Positions 1-9,557 of a stretch of 34,572 nucleotides of DNA are shown in pieces. How positions within the stretch are numbered: position 1 is the stretch's first letter; each line of letters opens with the position of its first letter. The notes beneath the pieces are model-generated. The model ran no database searches, was not told the origin of the DNA, and saw only the letters and a program-made list of their open reading frames with translations. The translations under genes and the position numbers were made by a program. The stretch is from a bacterium. Its GTDB lineage: Bacteria; Desulfobacterota; GWC2-55-46; DRQE01. The DNA lies in assembly GCA_027017505.1 (NCBI GenBank), contig JALUQR010000067.1, forward strand, positions 1 through 34,572, written 5' to 3'.

Positions 1-1538
1 GCCTTCTGAGGTTTCTTTGTCTTCTTCTCTCTTCTGCTCTCCTTGAATTCTTTAATCCACTTTTTGAGGGCTCCCTTGCTCAGTATAAGCACCGTACCCA
101 TAAACAGCATCACAGGGCGCAGTGGGTAGCTCCACAGCGGTACCTTTTCTGCAGAAGGTGCGGGCATATCCACCATCTTTTCGATGGCCTCCACGAATAC
201 GGGTGTTGCGGGCACATCCAGTCCGTGGGGTCTTACGAAGTCCTTTATGAAGTTTCTTATCCTCTCAACATAGCTTCTGTCATCACTGGAGAGCACTCTT
301 TTTAGCTGTTCCAGGTGCTCATCCATGTTTCTGCTCATGTACAGAAGTCCGCCCTTTACGAGGTAGTGAAAGTGCAGTGTGCCCTCCTGGGTCTTTTCAA
401 ATTCAGGGGAGGTTATGGTAAAAACGGGCTTGAGCAGTATGCCTGACTCTATCATGGCACTGGTATTTATACCCACAACTCCCTGTGAGTGGTATATGGA
501 ATCGTAGTAGTTGTTCCTGGTTATCTCATCCACGGGGTTTTCTCCAGCCCTGGGGTATATGACCACATTTCCGTAGTGGGAAAAGTCCACATCCTTCCAC
601 TGCTCTGCATTCTGTGGATGTGGCCGTATGAGAATGCCCATGTTAGATATGTATGGGTCATCGGAGTTTCGTATACTCTGTATCCACTTTTCAACGAAGC
701 CCACCTCATCCGGTGCGATAAACGGAGACGAGCACACATACAGTAGATAGGGCACACCCGGGTCAAGGCCAATCCTTTTCATAAATCCTTCTTTTGTTGA
801 GCTCGGCTTGAACTCAAACCACTTATCATAGCACTGTGCCCCTGTTACTATTACCTTTTCCTCTGGTATGTGGTGCATCTCCACTGCTTCCTGTTTCTGT
901 ATATCGTTCCATACGAACACCGCATCTGGCTCCACCCTTATGAGGCCCTTGTTGGTCAGGTTATCCCAGCTTGCCACGCACACCGCACAGCGCACGCCAA
1001 GGTACTTTGCACTCTTTATGTAATCCACCTGAAGGGATGCCATATTCACCACAGGGGTTACCAGCACGAGGTCTGCCTTTCGTTCCTTTATGAATTCCTC
1101 TATATTTCTGGCCCGTGGCAGTGCGTTCTCCAGTGTTATAAAGACCCTGTCCAGCAGGCCTATAAGCCCCATCCTGTTCAGGAGTTTGAACAGTGTGCGC
1201 ACAAAGGGATGGGTTATTATTCCGAGCCGTTCCTCAACCCTGTTTTTAAGCTCCGTTGCATTTGCATATCGCGGGTGAAAGTATCTGATGTAGTCCCTGC
1301 CCCCGCGTATTGCACTGGCCATGTAGCGCCACACGAGACTGGCCTTCGGAGAAGGCCTGGGTTGAAAACTTACATTGCTGTTTTCCATGGCAAGCCTTTC
1401 GATGAGTTTGTCATCGGACTGTTTTTTGGTCTGGCTGAAACACACATGTATCTTGTGGCCCCTCTCGGCAAGACCTCTTATAACGGACTCATAGTTGCGC
1501 ACATAGCCGGGATGGAGCATGAAGAAAATTATATTCAT
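1..1538 (-). CDS. Putative GT-B-like polysaccharide/capsule biosynthesis transferase; partial, 3' end runs off the left edge
   Basis: Absent from the ORF track because it has no stop inside the window. My reverse-strand translation from ATG 1538..1536 (MNIIFFMLHPGYVRNYESVIRGLAERGHKIHVCF...) stays open to position 1 (...WIKEFKESRREKKTKKPQK). GGAGGG RBS about 10 nt upstream. ILIRPHPQN and GVVGINTSAMIESG resemble the C-terminal half of GT-B/capsule-synthesis enzymes. The function call rests on motif pattern only. Confidence 0.6.
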   Translation of the reverse strand, partial: MNIIFFMLHPGYVRNYESVIRGLAERGHKIHVCFSQTKKQSDDKLIERLAMENSNVSFQPRPSPKASLVWRYMASAIRGGRDYIRYFHPRYANATELKNRVEERLGIITHPFVRTLFKLLNRMGLIGLLDRVFITLENALPRARNIEEFIKERKADLVLVTPVVNMASLQVDYIKSAKYLGVRCAVCVASWDNLTNKGLIRVEPDAVFVWNDIQKQEAVEMHHIPEEKVIVTGAQCYDKWFEFKPSSTKEGFMKRIGLDPGVPYLLYVCSSPFIAPDEVGFVEKWIQSIRNSDDPYISNMGILIRPHPQNAEQWKDVDFSHYGNVVIYPRAGENPVDEITRNNYYDSIYHSQGVVGINTSAMIESGILLKPVFTITSPEFEKTQEGTLHFHYLVKGGLLYMSRNMDEHLEQLKRVLSSDDRSYVERIRNFIKDFVRPHGLDVPATPVFVEAIEKMVDMPAPSAEKVPLWSYPLRPVMLFMGTVLILSKGALKKWIKEFKESRREKKTKKPQK

Positions 1539-1558
1539 ATCCACTACCCTCCTGCGAT

Positions 1559-3394
1559 TTATCTATCCACCATTCTTATGAGCTCCTGCGGAGATGTCTC
1601 GTTTACATTGACAGCGAAGAATTTCTCCTTAAAGACCCCCGAGAGGTGAGTATCATAGATGCTGTGGGTTACCGAGTATGTGCCTGCCATGTGTGAATAG
1701 ATGTTGAGTGTGTTCACCCCCATAAATGGTGCGATGGATGTTATATTCCCGTGCACACCGATACACAGTTCTGCTCCCTTTATGACCCTTGTCTGGATAT
1801 CGAGCAGATTACTGTATGTTACGCCCTCGTCAATCGTATACACGGCCTCATCCTTGAATATAAAGTCCTCGTGTTTGTCTATCCTTTTGGCTGTATGCAG
1901 GCTAACCACATTGTGTCTTTTTGAAAGCATCCCAACGAATTCTCTTACAAACCTTATGTTCTCCTCTGTGGGCGGAAAGTGCGGACAGAAGCTGAACTTG
2001 ACCGCTATGTATCTTTCAGGTAGATTCAGTGGCAGTGTGTGGTCAGCGTGATTAAGGTTAAAGCTATCGTAGCTTATGTATCTGAACAGGAACCCCGTTG
2101 GAAGCATCTGCTTCCAGACCGGCAGAAAGAGGTTCCACATAAGGGACGGGTGTATGAGGAAGTATTCCTCGATACCCTTTTTTTCGAGCAATCTGCGCAC
2201 AAGGTCCATCTCAAACGGGGTGGCCTCAAACTGCTTCATGCTTGAGTTCAGCGTGATGTCTCTGAAGTATCTCTCCATTTCTTCCTCTTCCATGACCTCA
2301 CACATGTCCGTGTAATCCATGCCCAGCCTTCTGTACCATACCCCTGCCCCACAGCGTGAGATGGCTGTAAGGTGCTCTTCTTTAAGGTTGAATCTTTTCA
2401 TCACCCATCTTAAAAAGGGTATCCAGTAGATGAATTCCGTGCCGGTGTCAGATATGTAAGGGCCTGCAACCACATGGGATGCGTTATCTATTCCGCTGAA
2501 TGCCTCGTTGAGCCTTGCATCGATAAGGTCTTCAAGCATGTATCCAGACCTCTTCCACTCTTTTAAAATATTGCCTATGACGAACTCTGTGGAACAGAGT
2601 GTCCTCTGTTCTGCACTGCCTTCGTATCTTCCTGCATGGTGCACATTGCCCGCCATTTCATCAAAGCTCTTTTCCGTGGTATCCTCAAAGGAGCCGAAGA
2701 ACCTGGAACACCCGTCTTCAAGCACGAGCACCTTGTCCACATACCGTGCCATGAGGGAATCCAGCTCACCAATGCTTCTTTTGAGAACCACAACCGTTCT
2801 GTTCTGCATTATGTGGTCTATTCTTTTCATACACATGGAGGCAAACTCAGGGTCATCGAATCTTCTTGTATGTTCAAACACGAACACATCCGCATCCACA
2901 GTAATCATGGTGTAGTAGACAAGCTTTTTAAGCATCCAGTCCGGCACATCGAACAGCTTTGTAGCGTTGAACTCTTTGAGGTTACAGTCTCTGAGTATCT
3001 CTTCTTTTGTGGTTTCCACCCTGTCTGCATCTTCTCCGCAGAGCATGAGAAGGAGTCTCAGGTACTCCTCCACACTCATGAGAGGGTTTGACCCAACAGG
3101 TGTGCTTACAACCCATCTTACGGTGCCCTCCACCCTGACCACCCCTGTTGTGGGCTGTGAGAGCCCGCATATAAGCCTTGCAAGGGTTTCCTTGCCAGAG
3201 TTCTCTCCGCCCACAACAAGCAGTGTCTCGCCCTCTTTGAGTGTGAATGATAGGTCTCTTATGAGGTACTCACCTTCCATATGACCGTTTTTTTTAAGTC
3301 CAAACAGTATACTGTAGAATGTGCGAAGCTTTGTTATTCGAATATCCCTTAAGTCCACCTTGGAGACATTTCTAAAAACTATTGCGTCCTTCAT
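1559..3394 (-). CDS. Wzt/TagH-like ABC nucleotide-binding-domain protein with degenerate catalytic motifs, fused to a ~370 aa C-terminal GT-B-like domain
   Basis: 611 aa ORF, ATG at 3394, 12 nt downstream of the permease gene. N-terminal ~240 aa has ABC-ATPase architecture (LLVVGGENSGKETLARLICGL = Walker A-like). The expected signature and Walker B positions read VPDWMLKKL and DADVFVFEH. The C-terminal part (AGPYISDTGTEFIYWIPFL ... GAELCIGVHGNITSIAPFMGVNTLNIY) resembles the C-terminal half of a GT-B glycosyltransferase. Confidence 0.8.
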   Translation of the reverse strand: MKDAIVFRNVSKVDLRDIRITKLRTFYSILFGLKKNGHMEGEYLIRDLSFTLKEGETLLVVGGENSGKETLARLICGLSQPTTGVVRVEGTVRWVVSTPVGSNPLMSVEEYLRLLLMLCGEDADRVETTKEEILRDCNLKEFNATKLFDVPDWMLKKLVYYTMITVDADVFVFEHTRRFDDPEFASMCMKRIDHIMQNRTVVVLKRSIGELDSLMARYVDKVLVLEDGCSRFFGSFEDTTEKSFDEMAGNVHHAGRYEGSAEQRTLCSTEFVIGNILKEWKRSGYMLEDLIDARLNEAFSGIDNASHVVAGPYISDTGTEFIYWIPFLRWVMKRFNLKEEHLTAISRCGAGVWYRRLGMDYTDMCEVMEEEEMERYFRDITLNSSMKQFEATPFEMDLVRRLLEKKGIEEYFLIHPSLMWNLFLPVWKQMLPTGFLFRYISYDSFNLNHADHTLPLNLPERYIAVKFSFCPHFPPTEENIRFVREFVGMLSKRHNVVSLHTAKRIDKHEDFIFKDEAVYTIDEGVTYSNLLDIQTRVIKGAELCIGVHGNITSIAPFMGVNTLNIYSHMAGTYSVTHSIYDTHLSGVFKEKFFAVNVNETSPQELIRMVDR

Positions 3395-3405
3395 TGCTGT
3401 CCCGT

Positions 3406-4191
3406 TTATATAATCTGCTCGATGACCTTTGGCATTGTCTCTCTGTAGAACTTAAGGCTCCATAGAAAGAGCAGAAAGAACATGCCAAAACTCAACACAA
3501 ACAGCCATTCCTTTCCGCTCATCCCGCTTACAAGAAGTGTTCTGGGCACCTCAATAAGTGGAGTCAAGGGGTTCCACCTGTTAAGAACACTGAGTGTGCC
3601 CTCGGGTGGTGTGGCGTATATTGCAGGAACGGTCCAGAGCAGTGCACTTGAGATAACTGGCAGACCATACCTTATGTCCAGGTATACAAGGGTTATCGGA
3701 GCTATTGTGATTCCCACTGCAAGCCCGCAGATGATGAGCAAACCGAGGGTGACAAAACCTGCCAGCACAGACCAGCCCACCTCCACATCAAACAGCACAA
3801 ATACCGTCAATATAAGCATCACATATATCGCAAGGTTAAAGAGCACATAGAAACATCCTGCAACCACAACAGACCAGTACTGAAACCTAATCTTTTTCAG
3901 TATGCCCCTTGTTCTTCTCATCATCCACTGGGGGAATATGATGGCATCCCAGAGTATCTGCCACAGTATGATACCCGTGAATGCAAACACAGCGTAGTGC
4001 ACCTTAAGGGGGCTGTTTTTTGCAAGCTCAAAGTGGCTTCCCACAATTATCACTGGAAGTGCTATCAGCACGGGACGCACAAATGCCCACAGATAGCCCA
4101 GATATGCCTGTCTGAACCTGTACCTGAAATCCCTTAAAAACAGTAACCATCCAAGATTAACCGTATTGATTATCCATCTTCTGTCCGTCAT
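3406..4191 (-). CDS. ABC-2 type polysaccharide export permease (Wzm/TagG/KpsM family)
   Basis: 261 aa with about 6 hydrophobic helices. N-terminal FLRDFRYRFRQAYLGYLWAFVRP is typical of ABC-2 permeases. ATG 4191 overlaps the upstream stop as ATGA (4188-4191). Confidence 0.85.
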   Translation of the reverse strand: MTDRRWIINTVNLGWLLFLRDFRYRFRQAYLGYLWAFVRPVLIALPVIIVGSHFELAKNSPLKVHYAVFAFTGIILWQILWDAIIFPQWMMRRTRGILKKIRFQYWSVVVAGCFYVLFNLAIYVMLILTVFVLFDVEVGWSVLAGFVTLGLLIICGLAVGITIAPITLVYLDIRYGLPVISSALLWTVPAIYATPPEGTLSVLNRWNPLTPLIEVPRTLLVSGMSGKEWLFVLSFGMFFLLFLWSLKFYRETMPKVIEQII

Positions 4192-5261
4192 CTGTCCCGT
4201 CTGGTTTTTGTTTTTTCAACAAGCAGAATCGCCACCCCTGTTATATCCTGCCACTTTGGTGGCCTTTTTTCATGAGGGGGCACCTTTGTTCCCTCGTACC
4301 AGTAGCCGTTGTAGTAGAAGTACTTTTCCTTGTGCTTGCATCCGTTGCACACCTTAAGCATCTTCTTTATGTGAGAGTGGTTGAATATCCTGAACCAGCC
4401 CAGGTTTTTCTGTGTGCCGTAGGGAACGGTTATTAACATCCTTCCCCCTCTTTTAAGAACCCTGAACATCTCCCTTACAGCGTCTATGTAGGAATCGGGG
4501 TTGTTTTCAACCTTTCCGCCGTATCTTGAGTTGTCCATCCCTATGTGTTCGAGTGTGGATATGCAGACAACCTTATCGAATGTCTCGTCTTTAAATGGCA
4601 TACTTCGCAGGTCTCCGAACATATAGGATGCCCTGTCGTCGTGGGGTATAAGCTCCTCTTCCCTTGCACTCTGTGTGAAGTGCACTATGTGTGCCCCTGT
4701 CCTGTGCACATACTTTCTTATAATCCTTGCATTGAGAGATGCACCTGCATCGAGCACCGTATCTTCCGTGGAGAATCTTCCCATCTCAAGCACAAGGGGA
4801 AACTCCACCACCCTTTCATCAAGGCCTGCCCCGTAGCCCTTATCAGGTGTGAGTTTTCTGTTCCAGGATATGGCACCACCATCTATTGCACTCTCAAGGG
4901 TCTTTTCCATGACTGTTGAAAGATACCTCTTAAGAGACTGCCCGAGCCTTTCGTCATCCATCTTTCTTATGTAGAGTTTTATGAACGCAGGTCCCCGTCT
5001 TTTTATATCCTCGATGTAGGCTGACAGAATCTTTCTTTCCATGTTTTCAAGCTCTGCAAGCTTTTCCTCAACCCGCTCGGTTATTTTCTTGAGCTCCTCT
5101 CTGAGAAGGCTCTTTGCGTGCTCCAGGAGTTTGTACTTTCTGTAGTGGTCCTTTGTGATTAAAAACCTCTTTTCATACTCCTCAACAGATGCAAACACTG
5201 TTTTAAGAAGTCTTTTCTCCGCACCCTTCAGGTGTGCTGATTCTCTTTCAGGTATTCTCAT
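4188..5261 (-). CDS. Coiled-coil protein with a C-terminal class I SAM-dependent methyltransferase domain
   Basis: The track ORF starts at 5351, which would overlap the transketolase gene by 94 nt. The internal ATG at 5261..5259 overlaps the transketolase TGA as ATGA (plus-strand tcat at 5258-5261), so I take 5261 as the start (357 aa). N-terminal ~130 aa is charged and helical (LLREELKKITERVEEKLAELENMERKIL). Methyltransferase motifs: VLDAGAS, FDKVVCISTLEHIG, LKRGGRMLITVP. Confidence 0.8.
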   Translation of the reverse strand: MRIPERESAHLKGAEKRLLKTVFASVEEYEKRFLITKDHYRKYKLLEHAKSLLREELKKITERVEEKLAELENMERKILSAYIEDIKRRGPAFIKLYIRKMDDERLGQSLKRYLSTVMEKTLESAIDGGAISWNRKLTPDKGYGAGLDERVVEFPLVLEMGRFSTEDTVLDAGASLNARIIRKYVHRTGAHIVHFTQSAREEELIPHDDRASYMFGDLRSMPFKDETFDKVVCISTLEHIGMDNSRYGGKVENNPDSYIDAVREMFRVLKRGGRMLITVPYGTQKNLGWFRIFNHSHIKKMLKVCNGCKHKEKYFYYNGYWYEGTKVPPHEKRPPKWQDITGVAILLVEKTKTRRDR

Positions 5262-7192
5262 ATCCTCACACCTGTGGATTGCAGTATCCTTTCTGCCATA
5301 CTCTGTCCATCGAGGCCGTGATATTTGAGCACCTCTGGTGGTGTTCCCCACTGGGGGTATTCTGTGAGTCCCAGTTTGTGGAGTCTTCTTCCCCTGAGTG
5401 TCTGGGATTCATTCATGGCATTAAGTATTGCATCGCCAAGACCACCGTAGGTGAAGTGGTTGTCCACAACGAAGATGTGGTCAAACTCCTGTACCACATC
5501 CTCGAGCCATTCTGCATCAATTCTGTTCAGCCAGGGCATGTTTACAACCCTGAGTGAGAATCCCCTCTGTTCGAGCAGTTCTGCTGCCCTGAGGGCCTCG
5601 TTCAGCATCACAGGCCCGTAGCCGAATATGATGCTGTCTCTGCCGTCTTTAAGGATTGCGCCCCTGCCAGGGGTGAACCTGTAGTGCTGGGGCAGTGTTA
5701 TGGTTCTTGGCGAGGGTGATATAACAAGCCTCATCATGGAGCTACCCTCTGCCTCATCCACACACCAGTTGAGTGCCCATTCTGTTTCAATCCCGTTACA
5801 GGGCTCTATAATCGTAAACCCTGGAAGTGCACCGAAAAGGGATATATCCCGCAGGCTCTGGTGACTCTTTCCAGGGCCTGCAGGTATAAGCCCTGCGTAG
5901 TGGCACACATAGATTATCTTTGTGTTCTCCGTTGCGTTGGTATATATCTGCTCGTTTGCCCTTGAGGATAGAAACACCCCGAAGGAATTCACTATTGGAA
6001 GATAGCCCTGAAGGGCAAGCCCCCCTGCCATGGAGACCATGTCCTGCTCTGCAATGCCGTTTTCTATGAACCTTTCTGGAAAGTTCTCCTCAAAGGATCT
6101 GAGCCCGCAGTCTGCACAGAGGTCTGCATCGAGCACAACCACATCCTTTCTTCTTCTTCCCACATCCACCAGTGCCTGGGAGAATGCAACCACCACCTTC
6201 TCTGCAACATCCTTAAGTCTTACCCTGCCCTTCTCTCTCTTTTCCACAAGCTCTGTTCTTACAGGTTCTTCCCCGCACTCTCTGAGGGATGCGTTTATTC
6301 TTTCAAGCACCTCCTGGTATGCCATCTCATAGGAGTTATCATCGGGTGCACCTGCGTGCCAGCGATACAGCCCCCCGCCCTCTTTAAGTGCCCTGGGGCC
6401 TTCCATAAAGGAAACACCCCTGCCTTTTATGGTGTCAGCAATTACCGCCTTGGGTTTGTGCTCTATCTTTCTCAGGTTTTCGAATGTCCTCTTGAGTGCC
6501 CTGTAGTCGTGGCCGTTGCATCTTTCCACATGCCAGCCGAAGAGCTCGAACTTTTTTTCAAGGTCTCCGAGGTCTATAATCTGGCTTACGGGTCTGTCGG
6601 ACTGAATCTTGTTGAAGTCCACGATCACCGTTACATTGTTTATCTTCTGGTGTGCTGTTGTCTGGAGTGCCTCCCATATCTGGCCTTCCTGAAGTTCTCC
6701 ATCGCCTGTCATCACGAAGACCCTTCCGCCCACGCCCTTCATCCTCTTTGCCAGTGCCATGCCCTTTGCCTTTGATATACCCATACCCAGGGAGCCCGAG
6801 TTTGCCTCAATCCCGCGTATGCTAACATCGGGATGTCCGTCAAGCCCGCCAAGCCTTCTGAGCTTAAGGAGCATCCCGTAGGGCAGTATACCTGCGGTAA
6901 CAAGCACCGAGTAATGTCCTGGGCAGTCATGCCCCTTGGAAGAGAAGTATATGTCCCTTTCAGGGTTATCCACGCCCTTCTCTATGACATTCATCTCGCA
7001 GAGGTAGAGGTACACCACTATGTCCATGGCACTGAGGCTTGAACCCAGGTGTCCCGAGCCTGCCTTTTTCACCGCAGAAAGGGTGTTGAGTCTGCACACA
7101 TCTGCGAGAATCTCAAGTTTCTTTATTCTGTCCACATCCATCGCCTTTATTCGTTCTATCTCCTCTGGTGGTATGAATCTTATCTCGAGCAT
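5258..7192 (-). CDS. Transketolase-family thiamine-diphosphate enzyme; N- and C-terminal halves fused in one 644 aa protein
   Basis: SGHLGSSLS, HPD and the TPP-binding GDGELQEGQIWEA motif sit in the N-terminal half. Pyrimidine-binding and C-terminal transketolase-like regions (FIENGIAEQDMVSMAGGLA) follow. ATG 7192 has an AGAGGGG RBS. Confidence 0.9.
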   Translation of the reverse strand: MLEIRFIPPEEIERIKAMDVDRIKKLEILADVCRLNTLSAVKKAGSGHLGSSLSAMDIVVYLYLCEMNVIEKGVDNPERDIYFSSKGHDCPGHYSVLVTAGILPYGMLLKLRRLGGLDGHPDVSIRGIEANSGSLGMGISKAKGMALAKRMKGVGGRVFVMTGDGELQEGQIWEALQTTAHQKINNVTVIVDFNKIQSDRPVSQIIDLGDLEKKFELFGWHVERCNGHDYRALKRTFENLRKIEHKPKAVIADTIKGRGVSFMEGPRALKEGGGLYRWHAGAPDDNSYEMAYQEVLERINASLRECGEEPVRTELVEKREKGRVRLKDVAEKVVVAFSQALVDVGRRRKDVVVLDADLCADCGLRSFEENFPERFIENGIAEQDMVSMAGGLALQGYLPIVNSFGVFLSSRANEQIYTNATENTKIIYVCHYAGLIPAGPGKSHQSLRDISLFGALPGFTIIEPCNGIETEWALNWCVDEAEGSSMMRLVISPSPRTITLPQHYRFTPGRGAILKDGRDSIIFGYGPVMLNEALRAAELLEQRGFSLRVVNMPWLNRIDAEWLEDVVQEFDHIFVVDNHFTYGGLGDAILNAMNESQTLRGRRLHKLGLTEYPQWGTPPEVLKYHGLDGQSMAERILQSTGVRI

Positions 7193-7213
7193 GGCACCCC
7201 TCTTCTGTTTTTT

Positions 7214-8701
7214 TCAGTCTTCAACGAACTGCACATTCTGTATCCTTGCGCTGTAGTCCACATAAAGGGTTTTAAGCTCCGAGTATGTCTCTATTGCGGT
7301 CCAGCCCACCTCACGATAGCCCTGTCCCGAGTGTTTCATTCCTCCGAAGGGCATGTGTGGTTCTGAGCCAAAGGTTGGGGCATTTATGTAGCACACCCCT
7401 GCGTCTGCATCCTCAAGGAAGTTGAACGCAACGGTCACATCCCTTGTAAATATTGACGCTGATAGCCCGTATGGTGAGCTGTTGAGTATTCCCATGGCGT
7501 CCTCGTAGTCCTCTGCCCTGAGGACTGTGAGCACAGGTCCAAAGACCTCCTCACGGGCTATCTCTTTTTCAGGCCCATCGCACTCTATTATGGTGGGTTT
7601 TACATAGTAACCCCTGTCGAACACCCCGCCTGTAAGCTGTGTTCCTCCTGTGAGTATTTTACAGCCATCCCTCTGTGCCCTTTCTATAAAGCCCAGCACC
7701 CTCTGAAGCTGTGCCCTGCTTATAAGGGGTGTCACATCAGTTGTGTCATCATCTGCAGGGCCTGTCTTAAGTTTTTCTGTTTTGTCAATGAGCATGGAGA
7801 GGAATATTTCGTACACATCCCTGTGGACTATAACCCTTCCTGTTGCGGTACACCTCTGACCTGCGACACTGAACGCACCGCACACAACACCATCCACTGC
7901 GAGCTCAAGGTCTGCATCGTCCATAACCACCACGCCGTTTTTTCCACCAAGCTCAAGCGAGACCTTTGCACCCCTTTTAACGCAGTTTTCCGCAACCCTT
8001 CTGCCCGTTGCAGTTGACCCTGTGAAGGATACAAGGGCTATGTCTGGATGTGTGGTGATTGCCTCGCCCACCTCGGGTCCGAACCCGTGAACCAGGTTTA
8101 AAACCCCCTTTGGAAGGCCTGCATCTTCAAGAATCTTTACAAAGTGCACGGTTGTCTCTGGAGAGTGCTCATCAGATTTGAGTACCACCGTGTTTCCACA
8201 TATGAGGGCTGGAAAGACCCGCCAGGCTGAAAGTGCCATGGGGAAGTTAAACGGAAGTATTATTCCCACCACTCCCACGGGATATCGCCTGGTCATTGCA
8301 AAGCGTCTTCTCAGGGCAGAGTGTGTGGTTCTGCCGAACATCCTTCTGCCCTCGCCTGCCATGTAGTTTGCCATGTCTATGGCTGACTGCACCTCTCCCG
8401 CACAGCTACTCCGTGTCTTTCCGTTCTCACGGGATATGACCTCTGCAAGTTCTTCTTTTCTCTCCATGAGGAGTCTTCCCGCCCTGAAAAGTATCTCTGC
8501 CCTTTCGGGTGGAGGCGTGGCCTTCCAGTCATTAAAGGCAGAGAGTGCCTCCCTTACCGCCATCTGAACATCCTCTTTTGAGGAGCGCGGGAAGGTTCCT
8601 ATTACCTGATTCACATTTGACGGGTTTGTGTTCTCAAAGGTCTTGCCTTCTCTGGCAGAGACCCATTCTCCACCGATGTAGTTTTTAAACTCCTCTGTCA
8701 T
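7214..8701 (-). CDS. NAD(P)+-dependent aldehyde dehydrogenase
   Basis: Start trimmed to ATG 8701, preceded by GGAGGTAACA; the track start at 8758 lies inside the SDR gene. YIGGEWV N-terminus, ELGGKN, and catalytic Cys context GQRCTATGR. Confidence 0.9.
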   Translation of the reverse strand: MTEEFKNYIGGEWVSAREGKTFENTNPSNVNQVIGTFPRSSKEDVQMAVREALSAFNDWKATPPPERAEILFRAGRLLMERKEELAEVISRENGKTRSSCAGEVQSAIDMANYMAGEGRRMFGRTTHSALRRRFAMTRRYPVGVVGIILPFNFPMALSAWRVFPALICGNTVVLKSDEHSPETTVHFVKILEDAGLPKGVLNLVHGFGPEVGEAITTHPDIALVSFTGSTATGRRVAENCVKRGAKVSLELGGKNGVVVMDDADLELAVDGVVCGAFSVAGQRCTATGRVIVHRDVYEIFLSMLIDKTEKLKTGPADDDTTDVTPLISRAQLQRVLGFIERAQRDGCKILTGGTQLTGGVFDRGYYVKPTIIECDGPEKEIAREEVFGPVLTVLRAEDYEDAMGILNSSPYGLSASIFTRDVTVAFNFLEDADAGVCYINAPTFGSEPHMPFGGMKHSGQGYREVGWTAIETYSELKTLYVDYSARIQNVQFVED

Positions 8702-8729
8702 TGTTACCTCCCCAGCAGGCAGGTTTCTC

Positions 8730-9557
8730 TTACCAGCAACTGTATCCACCGTCCACAACGAGGTTTGCCCCTGTCATGTAGGATGACGCATCTGATGCCA
8801 GAAGCAGTATTGCACCGTTGTACTCATCGGCCCTTGCCATCCTGCCCAGGGGCACCCTGTTTGAGTAGTTTTTGATAAATCTTTCGTCCTGATTGTTAAA
8901 GACACCACCAAGTGTGAGGGTATTCACCCTCACATTCTTTCCTGCCCAGTATGTTGCAAGATAACGGGTGAGGTTAAGAACCCCTGATTTACTCACACAG
9001 TAAGAGATGGGTTTGAAAAACGGTCTCTCCCTGTACTGGTATATCCTCTGGTCGGGTGAGAGTATGCCGTATATTGACGCTATGTTTATTATACTGCCAC
9101 CACCGTTCTGTGCCATATATCCGCCTATTACCTGACAGCAGAGCATCATTCCCTTAAGATTCACCCGCATTATCTCATCCCATGAGGACTCTGGATATGT
9201 CTCAAACGGGCCTGTCTGGACTGTTGAATCTGGTGGCACATCTATACCAGCGTTGTTCACAAGTATATTTGGTGAGCCCAGCTTTTTAATAACCTCATCG
9301 AGTCCCCTCTCTATGGACGCCCTGTCCGTTACATCCACCCTTACTTTTATGAAATCCTCTGAATCTTCGTCTGGAAGTGTGGATCCGGGGTTATTGAAGT
9401 TTATGTCAAATGCTCCCACCCTTGCACCTGCTCCCAGAAGGCATCTTACATACTCTCCGCCGAGCTGGCCTGCTGCCCCTGTTACTATGGCAACCTTGCC
9501 TTTAAGACCGAAGAGTCTTTCAAGCTCTCCTGGGCCTGTTTTTTCAGTTCCCCTCAT
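8730..9557 (-). CDS. Short-chain dehydrogenase/reductase (SDR)
   Basis: 275 aa. Rossmann motif KVAIVTGAAGQLGG, NNAG, catalytic YCVSK. ATG 9557 overlaps the upstream gene by 14 nt. Confidence 0.9.
   Translation of the reverse strand: MRGTEKTGPGELERLFGLKGKVAIVTGAAGQLGGEYVRCLLGAGARVGAFDINFNNPGSTLPDEDSEDFIKVRVDVTDRASIERGLDEVIKKLGSPNILVNNAGIDVPPDSTVQTGPFETYPESSWDEIMRVNLKGMMLCCQVIGGYMAQNGGGSIINIASIYGILSPDQRIYQYRERPFFKPISYCVSKSGVLNLTRYLATYWAGKNVRVNTLTLGGVFNNQDERFIKNYSNRVPLGRMARADEYNGAILLLASDASSYMTGANLVVDGGYSCW

Noticed and set aside
870-1649. Long plus-strand ORFs lying antisense to the minus-strand genes. Examples: 870-1649, 2508-2915, 6356-6775, 9253-10146, 10536-11126, 12665-13219, 16790-17239, 19589-20173, 20761-21561, 21861-22349, 32427-32963.
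   Set aside because: Each is fully embedded in a longer opposite-strand ORF with clear family motifs. Their translations are low-complexity or Cys/His/Ser-rich with no recognisable domains, and none has an RBS. They are typical shadow ORFs.
4188-5351. Longer N-terminal extensions given by the ORF track for several genes: 5351 for the methyltransferase, 8758 for the ALDH, 11117 for neuB, 13234 for the KpsC/S-like gene, 13931 for neuA, 24224 for the porin and 28611 for ino1.
   Set aside because: The track uses the first ATG/GTG/TTG after a stop. In each case a downstream start has a proper GGAGG-like RBS and/or an ATGA-type overlap with the preceding stop. The extension would overlap the upstream gene or lack an RBS.
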